64,000 nucleotides of DNA, taken from contig CP060223.1 in the NCBI GenBank assembly GCA_023898465.1, positions 480,001 through 544,000 of the forward strand. The letters run 5' to 3'. This DNA is from Candidatus Nomurabacteria bacterium (GTDB lineage Bacteria; Patescibacteriota; Patescibacteriia; HK-STAS-PATE-3). This document shows positions 1-10,526 of the stretch, piece after piece (position 1 is the stretch's first letter; every line of letters starts with the position of its first letter). The notes beneath the pieces were generated by a model. It was not told the DNA's origin, ran no database searches, and saw nothing but the letters and a program-made list of their open reading frames with translations. A program made the position numbers and the translations under genes.

Positions 1-59
1 AGCGCCGAGAAAAATTGGTGGCAAGTATTTGAATGTCTTATGAAAAAAATGTGACATTA

Positions 60-2012
60 CTACTCTACAAAAGTGAAAAAATTATAGTATCCCGTAGAAT
101 ATTCTAATCGAAATTTATCTTTTAATCGAGACTCTTCGACAATCTTCATCCTCAAATCTTGATCTTGAAAAAAATGATAAGAAGGGTCAAGTTGAGATTT
201 AATAATATCGGATCGACGATAATAGCTCGACTGCATATCCTCTTTTGTAAAAAGTGGGGCTAAACGCTGATAGTCAGGCTCTGCATTTGCGGTAATAAGA
301 TAGCGGACATGATACGCTTGCATTGTTTTTGCTAAACCACGAATAGCTATCGAATCTTCAAGTTTAGTTTCATCTAGAATATCAACATTTGCAAAACTGG
401 GACGCCCTGATCCTATCGTAAGTGTCATTACAAAACTCTCATCAATATATATATCATCTAAGTCCGTATGCTGACGTAAATATGTTAGTGCATCTAAGTA
501 TTCGGGACGTTGTTTTTCTAAGCGAACTTGAATTGCGTGCAGGTTTACTGGAAAGAGCCAGATGAAAGCATTAGCCAGAAAAAGAAGCATAAAAATCCTT
601 TTATTGAGAAGCTTGGCAATACCATACAAGGTCAAGGCTGCCGAAAAACACAAAAAAACTAGAATTATCAAGGTGTAATAATTATGAAAAAAGATTACCT
701 TGGAAGCGAGAATGAGATAAAAAACTGACGAAAATCCCAAAGTAATACCCATGTGCAAAATTCGCTTATTTGATTCTGTTTTTTGAAAAAAAATCAGAGG
801 ACTGCAAATTATCCCTGCTATTGCCAACCACGCTATTGGAGTTGTAACATACTCGCGCAATTGAGAAAGCAATTCTTTATACATCGGCCAATAGAGAATC
901 AATTGCCCGTCGGTCAAAAATTCTTTTACTGTATTTGAGTCTTTATTTTCCAACCAATAAAGAGTTATTCCTATAAAAACTAATCCGATACAAGCATACT
1001 TCCAAATTTGAAATTTTTGCACAAAAGCAACTATAGTTGCTATATATCTGGAAAAACGATGTCGGTAATGGATAAGGAGAAGTAAGGCGAGTAGCCAAAA
1101 AACAATAATAAAAGCGTCGCGTATGGGATAGCGCGGGAGACTAGATACAGCAGTCACAAGCATCCCGTATGGAATTGCCGCGATGAAAAAAAATGTAAGG
1201 CTTTGCTGAATAAAAAAAGAGATATTTTTTCGTTGTAACCAAAGCAACAATAGTGCAGCGGGAAGAAGCCACACACCAATAGAATCTTTCATCGTCAAAC
1301 CTAAACCAAAGCAAAGGCCAGCGGACATGATATAGACAGGATCTTTGGTTTTGAGTGACTCCGACAAAAAGGCTAAGGTTAAAAATGTACAAAGCAGCAA
1401 CAAATTATCATATACGGTAACAAAACTCGCAAAGCTAAGAATGGGATTTAACGCGAGTAAGCTTATTACTATTAACGAAGGGAATTTACTTATCCAATAT
1501 CGCAAAAAAATATATCCAGCGATTAAGGTGAGCATTCCGATCAAGTGTGTAAGTAAACGAGTATTCCATTCAAGCGAATTCTGAGGCAGCAGAGTATAAG
1601 TACCTGCTAAAGACCATTCCAAAACTGGAATGTGTGAAAAATCATTAAAAATTCCTTGGGGATTGCTTACGGGATTTGCTAAATATTTCCTTTGATGCCA
1701 AAAGGGATTTTTCATTTCAATCATGTGGAGCGCCGGCTCTACATAGGTGTTGTACTTTAATTCATGTTCACCAGTAAAATTGTATGAAAAATATGGAAGC
1801 TTAATCAGGGTCCAAGCGAATAGGATCAAGAAGAGAAACGTAAGGGCAATCCAGTTTTCACGAACGATAAAACGAAAAAACGATCCGAGGATAGGCAACT
1901 CCGCGAAACGTGGGAAGCGCGTCCTAAAGACCTCTACCCTCTTCGCGTCGTTCTGAGCCTCATTTTCACTTTCTTGCCCGATTTGTTTACCGAGCCTAGT
2001 TAGTACATTCAC
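60..2012 (-). CDS. GT-C superfamily glycosyltransferase (ArnT/PMT-like, GT39/GT83-type) polytopic membrane protein
   Basis: 650 aa with about 12 predicted TM helices in the N-terminal 450 aa and a soluble C-terminal domain, the typical lipid-linked sugar transferase architecture. Sits in a cluster with GT2, GtrA and nucleotide-sugar enzymes. Confidence 0.6.
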   Translation of the reverse strand: MNVLTRLGKQIGQESENEAQNDAKRVEVFRTRFPRFAELPILGSFFRFIVRENWIALTFLFLILFAWTLIKLPYFSYNFTGEHELKYNTYVEPALHMIEMKNPFWHQRKYLANPVSNPQGIFNDFSHIPVLEWSLAGTYTLLPQNSLEWNTRLLTHLIGMLTLIAGYIFLRYWISKFPSLIVISLLALNPILSFASFVTVYDNLLLLCTFLTLAFLSESLKTKDPVYIMSAGLCFGLGLTMKDSIGVWLLPAALLLLWLQRKNISFFIQQSLTFFFIAAIPYGMLVTAVSSLPRYPIRDAFIIVFWLLALLLLIHYRHRFSRYIATIVAFVQKFQIWKYACIGLVFIGITLYWLENKDSNTVKEFLTDGQLILYWPMYKELLSQLREYVTTPIAWLAIAGIICSPLIFFQKTESNKRILHMGITLGFSSVFYLILASKVIFFHNYYTLIILVFLCFSAALTLYGIAKLLNKRIFMLLFLANAFIWLFPVNLHAIQVRLEKQRPEYLDALTYLRQHTDLDDIYIDESFVMTLTIGSGRPSFANVDILDETKLEDSIAIRGLAKTMQAYHVRYLITANAEPDYQRLAPLFTKEDMQSSYYRRSDIIKSQLDPSYHFFQDQDLRMKIVEESRLKDKFRLEYSTGYYNFFTFVE

Positions 2013-2020
2013 AAAAACTC

Positions 2021-3367
2021 CTATCGCCCAATTCCTCGATAGTGCACGCCGGCCTTTTGCAAAGCAGACTTATCAAGCGCATTTTTACCGTCGATGAGGA
2101 CTTTTACATGATATTTCTTCCAGAGCTTGTTTGGGATATCGAGAAATGCCTGATGGTTTGTCACCAGAATCACTGCGTCTACCTTTGATAATAGAGCCTC
2201 TAGGCTCTCCACTGTGGATTTTTGTGGTACATGAGGGTCATACACCTCTACTTGCGCGCCAAGCTCTCTAAGACGCTCCTGAATGCGAAATGAGGGACTC
2301 TCGCGCACATCATCGATGTTGGCCTTATACGCTACCCCTAATATGCCTACTTTCGTACCCTTCACAGGCAGAGCAACTTGATTTAGTGCCTCTATGAGCT
2401 GCTTTACGGTATACTCTGGCATTCCATTATTAATCTCCCTCGCTAGCTTAAGGAACTTATGATCAAAGCCAATCTGCCTTGCTCGCTCAATGAGATAATA
2501 TGGATCAACGGGTATACAATGACCTCCAACGCCGCATGAAGGATAATGCGCTAAAAAGGCAAAAGGCTTTGTCTGAGCACCTTCAATAACATCTAAAATA
2601 TCAATGCCCAATTTGCTAAATGATTGTGCCATCTCATTCACAAAGGCAATATTAATATCGCGAAAAGAATTTTCCATTATCTTTGTCGCTTCCGCGGCCT
2701 TGAGAGATTCCATTGGCCGGATTGGCGCATCAATAATACTCTCATACAGCCGGATTGCCTTTGCTCTACCTTTTTTGGTATACGCGCCAATTACCCTGGG
2801 AATCGTTCGCACATTCCATTTTGCATTACCCGGATCAATTCGTTCAGGGCAATGCGCTAAGGTAAAATCTTTACCAGCATGAAGCCCAGATGTTTCTAAC
2901 ACGGGAAGGAGAACTTCTTCGCAAGTTCCAGGATTAATGGTGGACTCAATAATAATCAATTGTCCTTTGTGAAGATGCTTCGCAATTTTTTTACATGCAT
3001 CGATTACTGGACCATAATCAGGATTGTATGCGTGGTCAACTGGTGTAGGTACGCAAACAATTATAGCTTTTGCCTTTTTCACTACACTAAAATCAGTTGT
3101 AGCTAAGAAAGGATTCTTTTTTAAATTTTTACGGACTCGCACATCATCAATCGGAGATACACCAGCGCTGATCATTTCTGCTTTTTTTTGACTTCGAACG
3201 ACTCCCAGGACCTTATATCCCTTTTCAACAGCTAAGCATGCAAGTGGAAGACCAACATAACCCAATCCAACAACGGCTAAAGCCCCTTTCCTAGTTTTTT
3301 GTGAACGAATAGCACGCTTTTTACTTCGCATACTTTTGCTGCTTGAAAAACCAAGAGACTGTTTCAT
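2021..3367 (-). CDS. nucleotide-sugar dehydrogenase (UDP-glucose/GDP-mannose dehydrogenase family, WecC/TviB-like)
   Basis: N-terminal Rossmann motif VVGLGYVGLPLA. Its 448-aa length is typical of UDP-ManNAc/UDP-GlcNAc 6-dehydrogenases. The long basic N-terminal extension may reflect a later true start. Confidence 0.75.
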   Translation of the reverse strand: MKQSLGFSSSKSMRSKKRAIRSQKTRKGALAVVGLGYVGLPLACLAVEKGYKVLGVVRSQKKAEMISAGVSPIDDVRVRKNLKKNPFLATTDFSVVKKAKAIIVCVPTPVDHAYNPDYGPVIDACKKIAKHLHKGQLIIIESTINPGTCEEVLLPVLETSGLHAGKDFTLAHCPERIDPGNAKWNVRTIPRVIGAYTKKGRAKAIRLYESIIDAPIRPMESLKAAEATKIMENSFRDINIAFVNEMAQSFSKLGIDILDVIEGAQTKPFAFLAHYPSCGVGGHCIPVDPYYLIERARQIGFDHKFLKLAREINNGMPEYTVKQLIEALNQVALPVKGTKVGILGVAYKANIDDVRESPSFRIQERLRELGAQVEVYDPHVPQKSTVESLEALLSKVDAVILVTNHQAFLDIPNKLWKKYHVKVLIDGKNALDKSALQKAGVHYRGIGR

Positions 3368-4256
3368 TTATACCCATAGCAACATCAATGCTCGGCCCCC
3401 AATTCAACTCCTTGGCACTTTTTTGCACATCAAGACTACTCGCCATCAATTCACCGGGAATCTCCGGACCGTGCTTTGCTTCAAGATCGCTGTGCATGGA
3501 ATCTTTTATTAAGCTCCAAAGCTGGCTGATGCTGGTTTCTTGACTCGTACCAACGTTGAATATGCCGACACGATCCGAGTCAGCCGCCGCAATAAAAGCC
3601 CGCACAACGTCGGAAACGAATACGAAGTCTCGAGTTTGCGATCCGTCACCATTAATTTGCGGTGAACGATTGTGCAATACGTGATCAATAAATATTGCCA
3701 CTACACCCGCTTCACCCTTTGGATCTTGCCGAGGGCCGTATACATTTGCTAAGCGGAGTGCTGCGCTGGGCATCTTATACACTTTCGTATAAGCCGAAAG
3801 ATAATACTCAAAGGCCCGCTTCCCTATTCCGTACGGTGAAATAGGTGCAGCTAAACCAGTTTCTGGAGTTGGTCTTGCCTCATCTGCATCATAAATCGCC
3901 CCGCCGGTTGAGGCAAAGAGAAACTTCTCTACCTGTATTTCACGAGCCGCTTCAAGTAACTTAATACTACCAATAATATTAATATTGGCATCTTCGTCTG
4001 GATGTTCAAGTGAGTAGCGTAGATTTTTTTGCGCAGCTAAGTGAAATATCTGGTTCGGCTTAAACCTTTTAATTTCCTGAGCGGTCTTATCTTTACAGAT
4101 ATCAAGTTCTAAGAAATCAACCTCCGGATGCAAATACTCTTTATTGCCGGTGGACAAATCATCTATCACCAATACTCGATTACCCTGGGAGAGCAGCGCG
4201 TCAACCAAGTGAGAACCAATAAATCCAGCTCCCCCAGTTACGACGACTTTGCTCAT
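3321..4256 (-). CDS. NAD-dependent epimerase/dehydratase (UDP-sugar 4-epimerase-like SDR)
   Basis: [19 protein letters not shown] Rossmann motif. The YxxxK region is conserved and the 311-aa length fits GalE/WbpP-like enzymes. Confidence 0.7.
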   Translation of the reverse strand: MSKVVVTGGAGFIGSHLVDALLSQGNRVLVIDDLSTGNKEYLHPEVDFLELDICKDKTAQEIKRFKPNQIFHLAAQKNLRYSLEHPDEDANINIIGSIKLLEAAREIQVEKFLFASTGGAIYDADEARPTPETGLAAPISPYGIGKRAFEYYLSAYTKVYKMPSAALRLANVYGPRQDPKGEAGVVAIFIDHVLHNRSPQINGDGSQTRDFVFVSDVVRAFIAAADSDRVGIFNVGTSQETSISQLWSLIKDSMHSDLEAKHGPEIPGELMASSLDVQKSAKELNWGPSIDVAMGINETVSWFFKQQKYAK

Positions 4257-5428
4257 AGGTATTTTTTGGCCGCCGATCGGAATTTAGCAGCTAAGGAGAG
4301 TTGCTCCCAACTAAAGCTTGCTTCTTTACGACCGAAGTGTCCATACGCTGCGGTTGGTCGATAAATAGGCCTACGTAAATTAAGGTGTTGGATAATACCA
4401 CCAGGAGTCAAATCCGCCACCTGGCGAACGATCTTTTCTAATTTACCATCGCTAATGACACCTGTGCCTTTTGTGTCGATAAGCACGCTGATAGGTTCAG
4501 CAACGCCAATGACGTAGGCGAGCTGTATTTCGCACTTCTTGGCAAGCTTTGCGCCGACAATATTTTTGGCAACATGTCTAGCCATGTATGAAGCTGATCG
4601 GTCAACCTTGGAAGGATCTTTACCAGAGAATGCTCCACCACCATGGCTACCGTGTCCTCCATAGGTATCGACAATAATTTTTCGTCCGGTCAAGCCTGCA
4701 TCAGCTGGAGGTCCACCCTTCACAAACTTTCCTGTCGCATTAATGAAGTGACGTGTTTTATTATCCATCCAGCGTCCTGCTATTGGTCGGATGACGTGCT
4801 TCATGACATCGCGCTCGACTTTTTTCTCGCTTACTTTTTCATTATGCTGCGTAGCAATAACAACAGTGTTTAAACGCTTTGCTTTACCATTTTCGTATTC
4901 GATCGCTACCTCAGTTTTACCATCCGGCCCTAAATAAGGCATTATTCCTTTCTTTCGCACGTATGCTAAGCGACGAGAAAGTTTATGAGACAGAATAATC
5001 GGCAATGGCATTAACTCAGGTGTTTCATCAGTGGCATAACCAAACATGAGTCCCTGATCACCTGCTCCTTGCTTTTTATACTTACCCTTACCCTCATCTA
5101 CACCCTGCGCAATATCAGCGCTCTGCTCATCAATTGCGACGATCACGCCGCAGTCCTGCCAATGAAATCCCATATTTGGATCAGTGTAGCCAATATCCCG
5201 AATAGTCTCTCGAGCTATTTTTGCAATATCAACATATCCCTTTGTCCTTATCTCTCCTGCAACAACAATCAAGCCGGTAGTTGCCATGGTTTCGACACCT
5301 GCGCGACTATGGGGATCCTGTCGTAATAATTCGTCAAGTATTGCGTCTGATATTTGATCGCACACCTTATCAGGGTGGCCTTCGGTTACTGACTCTGAAG
5401 TAAAGACATGATGTCGATTCGTTGACAT
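4253..5428 (-). CDS. metK: S-adenosylmethionine synthetase
   Basis: Hallmark MetK motifs [22 protein letters not shown] and DTYGG. The stop overlaps the downstream gene start. Confidence 0.92.
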   Translation of the reverse strand: MSTNRHHVFTSESVTEGHPDKVCDQISDAILDELLRQDPHSRAGVETMATTGLIVVAGEIRTKGYVDIAKIARETIRDIGYTDPNMGFHWQDCGVIVAIDEQSADIAQGVDEGKGKYKKQGAGDQGLMFGYATDETPELMPLPIILSHKLSRRLAYVRKKGIMPYLGPDGKTEVAIEYENGKAKRLNTVVIATQHNEKVSEKKVERDVMKHVIRPIAGRWMDNKTRHFINATGKFVKGGPPADAGLTGRKIIVDTYGGHGSHGGGAFSGKDPSKVDRSASYMARHVAKNIVGAKLAKKCEIQLAYVIGVAEPISVLIDTKGTGVISDGKLEKIVRQVADLTPGGIIQHLNLRRPIYRPTAAYGHFGRKEASFSWEQLSLAAKFRSAAKKYL

Positions 5429-5447
5429 GCTCCTAGTTCCTTAATTA

Positions 5448-6473
5448 TTACTGGTCTTTTGAAATACTAGCTGAAATATCAATATTTTTTGCGCCTTTAA
5501 AGTAATCAATGGTCCGGCGTAAGCCTTCTGATAAGGCCACTACTGGAAACCAGCCTAAGCGCTCTTTTGCCAAAGCTATATTAGGCACGCCCTGTATAAC
5601 TGTTGACTTAGTGTGTTCGGTAAAACGAGATCCTGATGTACTGCCCGTAAGTTCTTGAATGTACTTTACTACATCCTCTAGGCGATGTTGATCAGGACTA
5701 CCCAGATTAACTGGCCCTAACTCGCTTGATTTCATGAGTCGCAGTAAGCCCTCCACAATATCGCTGATGTAACAAAGAGTCGTGGTATCATCTGCTTTAC
5801 CGTATACCGTAATAGTTTCGTTACGCAACGCCGCATTAATCATTTCCGGCACCATTCTACCATCGTCTACGCGCAAGCGAGGACCATAGGTGTTAAAGAG
5901 TCGGGCGATTTTTGCCTTTAATGCGTATTTTTCTCGGTAGTGCACGGTTAAGCTTTCGGCAAAGCGCTTACCCTCACTAAAGGCCGATCGCGACCCAACC
6001 GGATTCACATAGCCCCAATATTCTTCTGGGTATGGAGTCCTTTCCATGGGTTCGCCATAAATGGCATCAGAAGAAGCCAAGAGAAAACTGGCTTGATATT
6101 TTTTCGCCATTTCAAGAGCATTCCGAGTTGCTTGAGCATTTGCTACCAGTGTTTCAACTGGCATCTGTAGATAATCCTTTGGTGAAGTCGGAGAGGCGAA
6201 ATGATAAATTTCCTGCACTCCTTGGAACTCCACTTGAAAAGGTTTAAGACCTGGCTCGTGATCAAGATCTATCGGATCAGACAAATCATGCTTCACAAAC
6301 TCAAAATTTGGATTTTGGAGAAGATGATTTATGTTTTCTTCTCGACCAGTTGAAAAATTGTCTAAACAAATAACCTTGTGTTGCTTCACCAGCTCATCAC
6401 AAAGATGAGATCCAATGAATCCTGCTCCACCTGTTACTAATATGTTTTTTCTTTCAAAAATGGGTCTGCTCAT
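5448..6473 (-). CDS. UDP-glucuronate (or UDP-2-acetamido-glucuronate) decarboxylase-like extended SDR (UXS/ArnA C-domain-like)
   Basis: [19 protein letters not shown]...VICLDNFSTGREENI is the classic UXS N-terminal signature. Length 341 aa. Confidence 0.65.
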   Translation of the reverse strand: MSRPIFERKNILVTGGAGFIGSHLCDELVKQHKVICLDNFSTGREENINHLLQNPNFEFVKHDLSDPIDLDHEPGLKPFQVEFQGVQEIYHFASPTSPKDYLQMPVETLVANAQATRNALEMAKKYQASFLLASSDAIYGEPMERTPYPEEYWGYVNPVGSRSAFSEGKRFAESLTVHYREKYALKAKIARLFNTYGPRLRVDDGRMVPEMINAALRNETITVYGKADDTTTLCYISDIVEGLLRLMKSSELGPVNLGSPDQHRLEDVVKYIQELTGSTSGSRFTEHTKSTVIQGVPNIALAKERLGWFPVVALSEGLRRTIDYFKGAKNIDISASISKDQ

Positions 6474-6482
6474 ACGCAGTAC

Positions 6483-7199
6483 TTAACGATAATGACCTAA
6501 AATGTCATGGTATCGAACACTAAGAAGCTCCCAAAAAGTTTTTATATAATCTGAGGGACGCACCTTACTAGCAAAATCATTCTTCCAAGTCACAGGAATT
6601 TCCTTCATCGTGAAGTGAAATTTTTTTGCCAGGAAAAGTATTTCAAAATCAAATCCCCACCCTCGTAGCTGCTGCTTTTGAAAAAGCATACGGCAGCGCT
6701 TACTATACAGTTTAAATCCGCATTGCGTATCTTCTATGCCGGACACTGCTAACCATTGAATCAACTTATTTCCAATTCGTCCCAGCGTTACCTTCACCGA
6801 AGATTGACGAACGGTAATATCAGCTTCGGGTAATGCTCGCGAGCCAATCAACACATCATACTGCTTACGCTCCGGCCAAAACTTAGCGAAATCTTGAATC
6901 GGAGTGGAGAGATCAGTATCGGTCAGCAACACCCAGACACCTCTTGCTTCTAGCATTCCAGCCTTAACGGCAGCACCTTTACCGCCATGTGGCACAGAAT
7001 GCACCCGGACCGGCTTCCCATAACCAGCTGCTAATCGAGCAGTACCATCCGTGCTACCATCATCCACCACCACTACCTCGTAGCTAAGATCGGGGTAGTG
7101 CTTGGGGAAATATTCAAGGATAGTTTCCAAGCTGGGAGGCAGGCGCTTCGCTTCATTATACGCCGGCAAAACAATGGAAAGCTCAACAGGATTTGACAT
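6483..7199 (-). CDS. GT2 polyprenyl-phosphate sugar synthase (DPM1/ArnC/GtrB-like)
   Basis: LSIVLPAYNE...VVVVDDGSTDGT, the DxD region and a 238-aa size all fit GT-A fold dolichol-P-mannose synthase-like enzymes. Confidence 0.7.
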   Translation of the reverse strand: MSNPVELSIVLPAYNEAKRLPPSLETILEYFPKHYPDLSYEVVVVDDGSTDGTARLAAGYGKPVRVHSVPHGGKGAAVKAGMLEARGVWVLLTDTDLSTPIQDFAKFWPERKQYDVLIGSRALPEADITVRQSSVKVTLGRIGNKLIQWLAVSGIEDTQCGFKLYSKRCRMLFQKQQLRGWGFDFEILFLAKKFHFTMKEIPVTWKNDFASKVRPSDYIKTFWELLSVRYHDILGHYR

Positions 7200-7299
7200 G
7201 ACTATTTCTTAATGTACGGCTCAATACTGAATAAAATGTGTACCGAGCTCGGCCGCTAGTATACCAATTTTTAAGCCTTTGGACAAGCAGGTCATATAC

Positions 7300-7731
7300 T
7301 TAATGCTGACGAAAGGTCCAAAATTTATTGGCAAAAAAATTCCAAAATAGCACAATGAGCACTGACACTATCTTTGCATAAATATCGTGCAATCCTACTA
7401 CGACAACAAAAAACCAAAGTCCTAATTCGGTTAGTACTGCGCCTACCGCACTCACAGCGACAAAGCGAGTGTATTGCCGACGAAAGGCTCTTTGACGATC
7501 ACGAAAAGTCCAGCGCTTATTTAAGGTAAAGCTTAAACTTACTGCGCTTAAAAATGCAACCGCGTTTGCTGCTAAAAAGGGAACGTGAAAAAAACGAGTG
7601 AGCGAAAAATAAATACTAAAGTCTAGGCAGGTATTCCCAAACCCAACAACACCAAACTTAATAAATTGCGCCAGGCCAGGCCGGCGCTCAATGAATGGGT
7701 GTTGGCGAATGTAGTTAACAAGCTGCTGCAT
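7300..7731 (-). CDS. GtrA family polysaccharide-synthesis membrane protein
   Basis: 143 aa with 4 TM helices and the FGVVGFGNTCLDF...NKRWTFR GtrA signature. It usually partners GT2 polyprenyl-P sugar synthases. Confidence 0.7.
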   Translation of the reverse strand: MQQLVNYIRQHPFIERRPGLAQFIKFGVVGFGNTCLDFSIYFSLTRFFHVPFLAANAVAFLSAVSLSFTLNKRWTFRDRQRAFRRQYTRFVAVSAVGAVLTELGLWFFVVVVGLHDIYAKIVSVLIVLFWNFFANKFWTFRQH

Positions 7732-10526
7732 TATCTTGGCTCAAAGTTTGCTCCAACGCTGATGCCACCGCGGAAAGCTGGATCAAAAGTAAACATTTGT
7801 TCAATGACACTTCCGTTACCATCAAAAACTCTCAGGTGTGGCCCTCCGCCAATCCCTGCACCCACAATGATATCGTCAGCCCCATCAGCATTCACATCCG
7901 CGCTCGCAATGCGTACTCCTCCGCGAAAATTCTCGGCAAAAGCGAAAAATTGAGACTGCACTTCCCCACTCGCATTAAATACTCGAACATGCGGTCCACC
8001 ATTACTTAAAGGAGCAACGACTATTTCTGATACGCCATTACCATCCACATCACCAACTGCCAGGTCTAAACCGATTCTAAAGTAGCTTGGGTAAGCGAAA
8101 AATTGAGAGACCAGTCCTCCACTCCCATTAAAAACACGCACATGTGGCCCACCGTTACTAATTGGCGCTACAACAATTTCAGGAATAGCATCCCCAGTCA
8201 CATCACCACATGCAACAGAGAGACCTATGCGAAAATATGATGGGTAGGCATAAAATTGACCGTATAAGCCTCCGCCGCTAAAAATGCGCACTTGGGGCGC
8301 TTTTCCTGCACCAGTACCCACAATAATTTCATCACGTCCATCACCATCCAAGTCGCAGGTTGCAATGCTTACTCCACCTCGATAACTTGGCGCATAGGCC
8401 ATAAACTGGTATTCCAAAGCCCCACGCGAGGAAAAGACGCGAATGTGTGGACCACCACTTGAAGCTGGCGCGCTTACAAATTCCATTAATCCATCTCGAT
8501 CAATATCACCTGAAGTAATATTCACTCCTCCAGTAAAGTTTGGAGCATAGGCCATTGTCTCCCATAGGAGACTCCCATCCTGACGCAAGGTTCGCACGGT
8601 TGGACTATGGTTGCTTAAAGGCGCGCTGAGTAGATTAACCCAAACGTCGTAGTTCATCGTATCAGTCGCTGTGCTCACTAACCCTGCCTGATCAGTGGCC
8701 TTCACTGTCACGGTGTTCAATCCCGGCCCTAAAGTAAGCACGCCGGAGTAGGTATTGCCATCACGAAAAGCAAGACGCCCATTCACGGTCACTTCAGCAA
8801 TTCCTGAATCATCGTCACGTGATACGCCAACGATATAATGACGTCGATTCCCGGTTGAGCTACCTGCAAAAGGATACGTTATGGTAACCGTTGGAGCCAG
8901 GGTGTCGATTTTTACTTCAAAGCTATGGGCACTTTCAATGTTGTCAGCAAGATCTTCGGCATAATATTCCACAGTTATATTACCTTTAGGCAAAGTCACT
9001 GCACTGGAGTATGTCTGCCAACTACCGCTATTAATGCGATAAAAAATTGCACTCACCCCAGCGGCATCATCGCTAGCGGACAATGTCATCTGCGGGGCTG
9101 TGCTATAAAAACCATTTTGGCCGTTTGGACTACTGGGACTGAGACTAGCTGAGGATACTGGCGGCGTAACATCAGTAGTGATAACAGACAAGCCGGCATC
9201 AATATCTAAAAGCCCGTATCCATACTCGAGATCATAGCCACTACTACCGAGGTCCTTAGCTGTTTCAGTAAGCACGCCTTTAGCATCAGCAGGATCAGCG
9301 CCGGCTGCTAAAAAGAGTGCTAAGGCAGCACTCACATGTGGAGTGGCCATCGACGTGCCCTGATAGCCCACATAACCAAAAGTGGTAAAATCAGCTGGTA
9401 GGCTATCCCCATCGAGGTTTGTGAATCCTTGCTGGATAATTGATGAGGAGCCATCCCCGCCTGGTGCAACCAAGGCGATATTTTGTCCATAATTAGAGTA
9501 CGAGGCGCGAGTATTTTGTGTGGTATTTCCGGTAGCTCCCACGGCAATAACTCCTGAGGTGCGAGCTGGGTATAGCAAGGTTGAGCTATTTGCATTTCCG
9601 GTAGCAGCGACCACTAGAATTCCCTGAGCAATAGCATCATTTACTGCGTCAGTCAGAGCCTGACTGTAGCTACTTGTTCCCAAGCTCATGGATATAATAT
9701 CAGCGCCGTGTGTTCGCGCATAATCAATCCCCTGCGCAATATCAGCAGTAGTACCATATCCATCTCTGGCTAAAACTTTAACCGGCATGATTGTGCTGTG
9801 ATATGCCAAACCCGCAGCGCCGAGGCTGTTATGTGTTGTCTCTGCTATGGTGCTACTTACATGTGTACCATGTCCATTATCATCATTCGGATGAGTATCT
9901 TCGTTTACAAAGTCATATCCAGTTGTGAAATTTGTGGCACTAAAATCTGGCGCTTTTGCATACTCTGCACCAGCTGATAAGCAATTACCCGGATTTTCTA
10001 CTAAACACTTCGCTGGGTTAGGGTCTGTATATGCTTGATAGGCAACGCCAGTATCTAAGACTGCGACGATAACACTCGGATCACCACCATGGGTTGGACT
10101 GCTCGTGTCATAATCCCAGGCCTGAGACGCTTTTACCTTTGTAAAATTCCATTGCTGGTTATACAAAGGATCATTAGGAGTGAAGGTTGCTCCTACTAAA
10201 TAATTTGGCTCTATATACCGAGTCTCAGGCAATGAGGCAAGTCTATCCTGCAAATCATTTGCCTCAGTTTCATTTGGTAATGAAAAAAGAAAACTCTGCG
10301 CACTTAATTGCTGCACAGTTAAGGAGGGAAAGGTCGAAAGTATAGTGGCGAGATGATCATTATCGGTAATAATGTCACCTTCCTCATTTGCACTTATACC
10401 AGTTGTGGTAAATCCCACAACCCGCTGACCAGGATATACAAACTGACTTTGCGCTTCTACTTGCGGACTAAAAAAACTGAAAATCCAAACTAGAACTATT
10501 CCGCCTATGAAGCGCCCCCATCTCAT
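7731..10526 (-). CDS. secreted subtilisin-like serine protease (peptidase S8) with C-terminal FG-GAP/beta-propeller repeats
   Basis: Signal peptide present. The S8 catalytic triad contexts DTGV, HGTHVSST and GTSMATPHVS are all there. The C-terminal 290 aa are about six repeats containing GGPHxRVF and xDxDGDGxxEIIVG (FG-GAP-like). The start overlaps the upstream gene stop (ATGA). Confidence 0.8.
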   Translation of the reverse strand: MRWGRFIGGIVLVWIFSFFSPQVEAQSQFVYPGQRVVGFTTTGISANEEGDIITDNDHLATILSTFPSLTVQQLSAQSFLFSLPNETEANDLQDRLASLPETRYIEPNYLVGATFTPNDPLYNQQWNFTKVKASQAWDYDTSSPTHGGDPSVIVAVLDTGVAYQAYTDPNPAKCLVENPGNCLSAGAEYAKAPDFSATNFTTGYDFVNEDTHPNDDNGHGTHVSSTIAETTHNSLGAAGLAYHSTIMPVKVLARDGYGTTADIAQGIDYARTHGADIISMSLGTSSYSQALTDAVNDAIAQGILVVAATGNANSSTLLYPARTSGVIAVGATGNTTQNTRASYSNYGQNIALVAPGGDGSSSIIQQGFTNLDGDSLPADFTTFGYVGYQGTSMATPHVSAALALFLAAGADPADAKGVLTETAKDLGSSGYDLEYGYGLLDIDAGLSVITTDVTPPVSSASLSPSSPNGQNGFYSTAPQMTLSASDDAAGVSAIFYRINSGSWQTYSSAVTLPKGNITVEYYAEDLADNIESAHSFEVKIDTLAPTVTITYPFAGSSTGNRRHYIVGVSRDDDSGIAEVTVNGRLAFRDGNTYSGVLTLGPGLNTVTVKATDQAGLVSTATDTMNYDVWVNLLSAPLSNHSPTVRTLRQDGSLLWETMAYAPNFTGGVNITSGDIDRDGLMEFVSAPASSGGPHIRVFSSRGALEYQFMAYAPSYRGGVSIATCDLDGDGRDEIIVGTGAGKAPQVRIFSGGGLYGQFYAYPSYFRIGLSVACGDVTGDAIPEIVVAPISNGGPHVRVFNGSGGLVSQFFAYPSYFRIGLDLAVGDVDGNGVSEIVVAPLSNGGPHVRVFNASGEVQSQFFAFAENFRGGVRIASADVNADGADDIIVGAGIGGGPHLRVFDGNGSVIEQMFTFDPAFRGGISVGANFEPR
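7750..8600 (-). repeat. tandem coding repeats (about 135-150 nt units) encoding FG-GAP-like repeats of the S8 protease
   Basis: Repeated DNA and protein motifs are visible: ...gtgtggcccaccgttact... and GGPHVRVFN/GGPHLRVFD/GGPHIRVFS. Unit boundaries are approximate. Confidence 0.5.
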
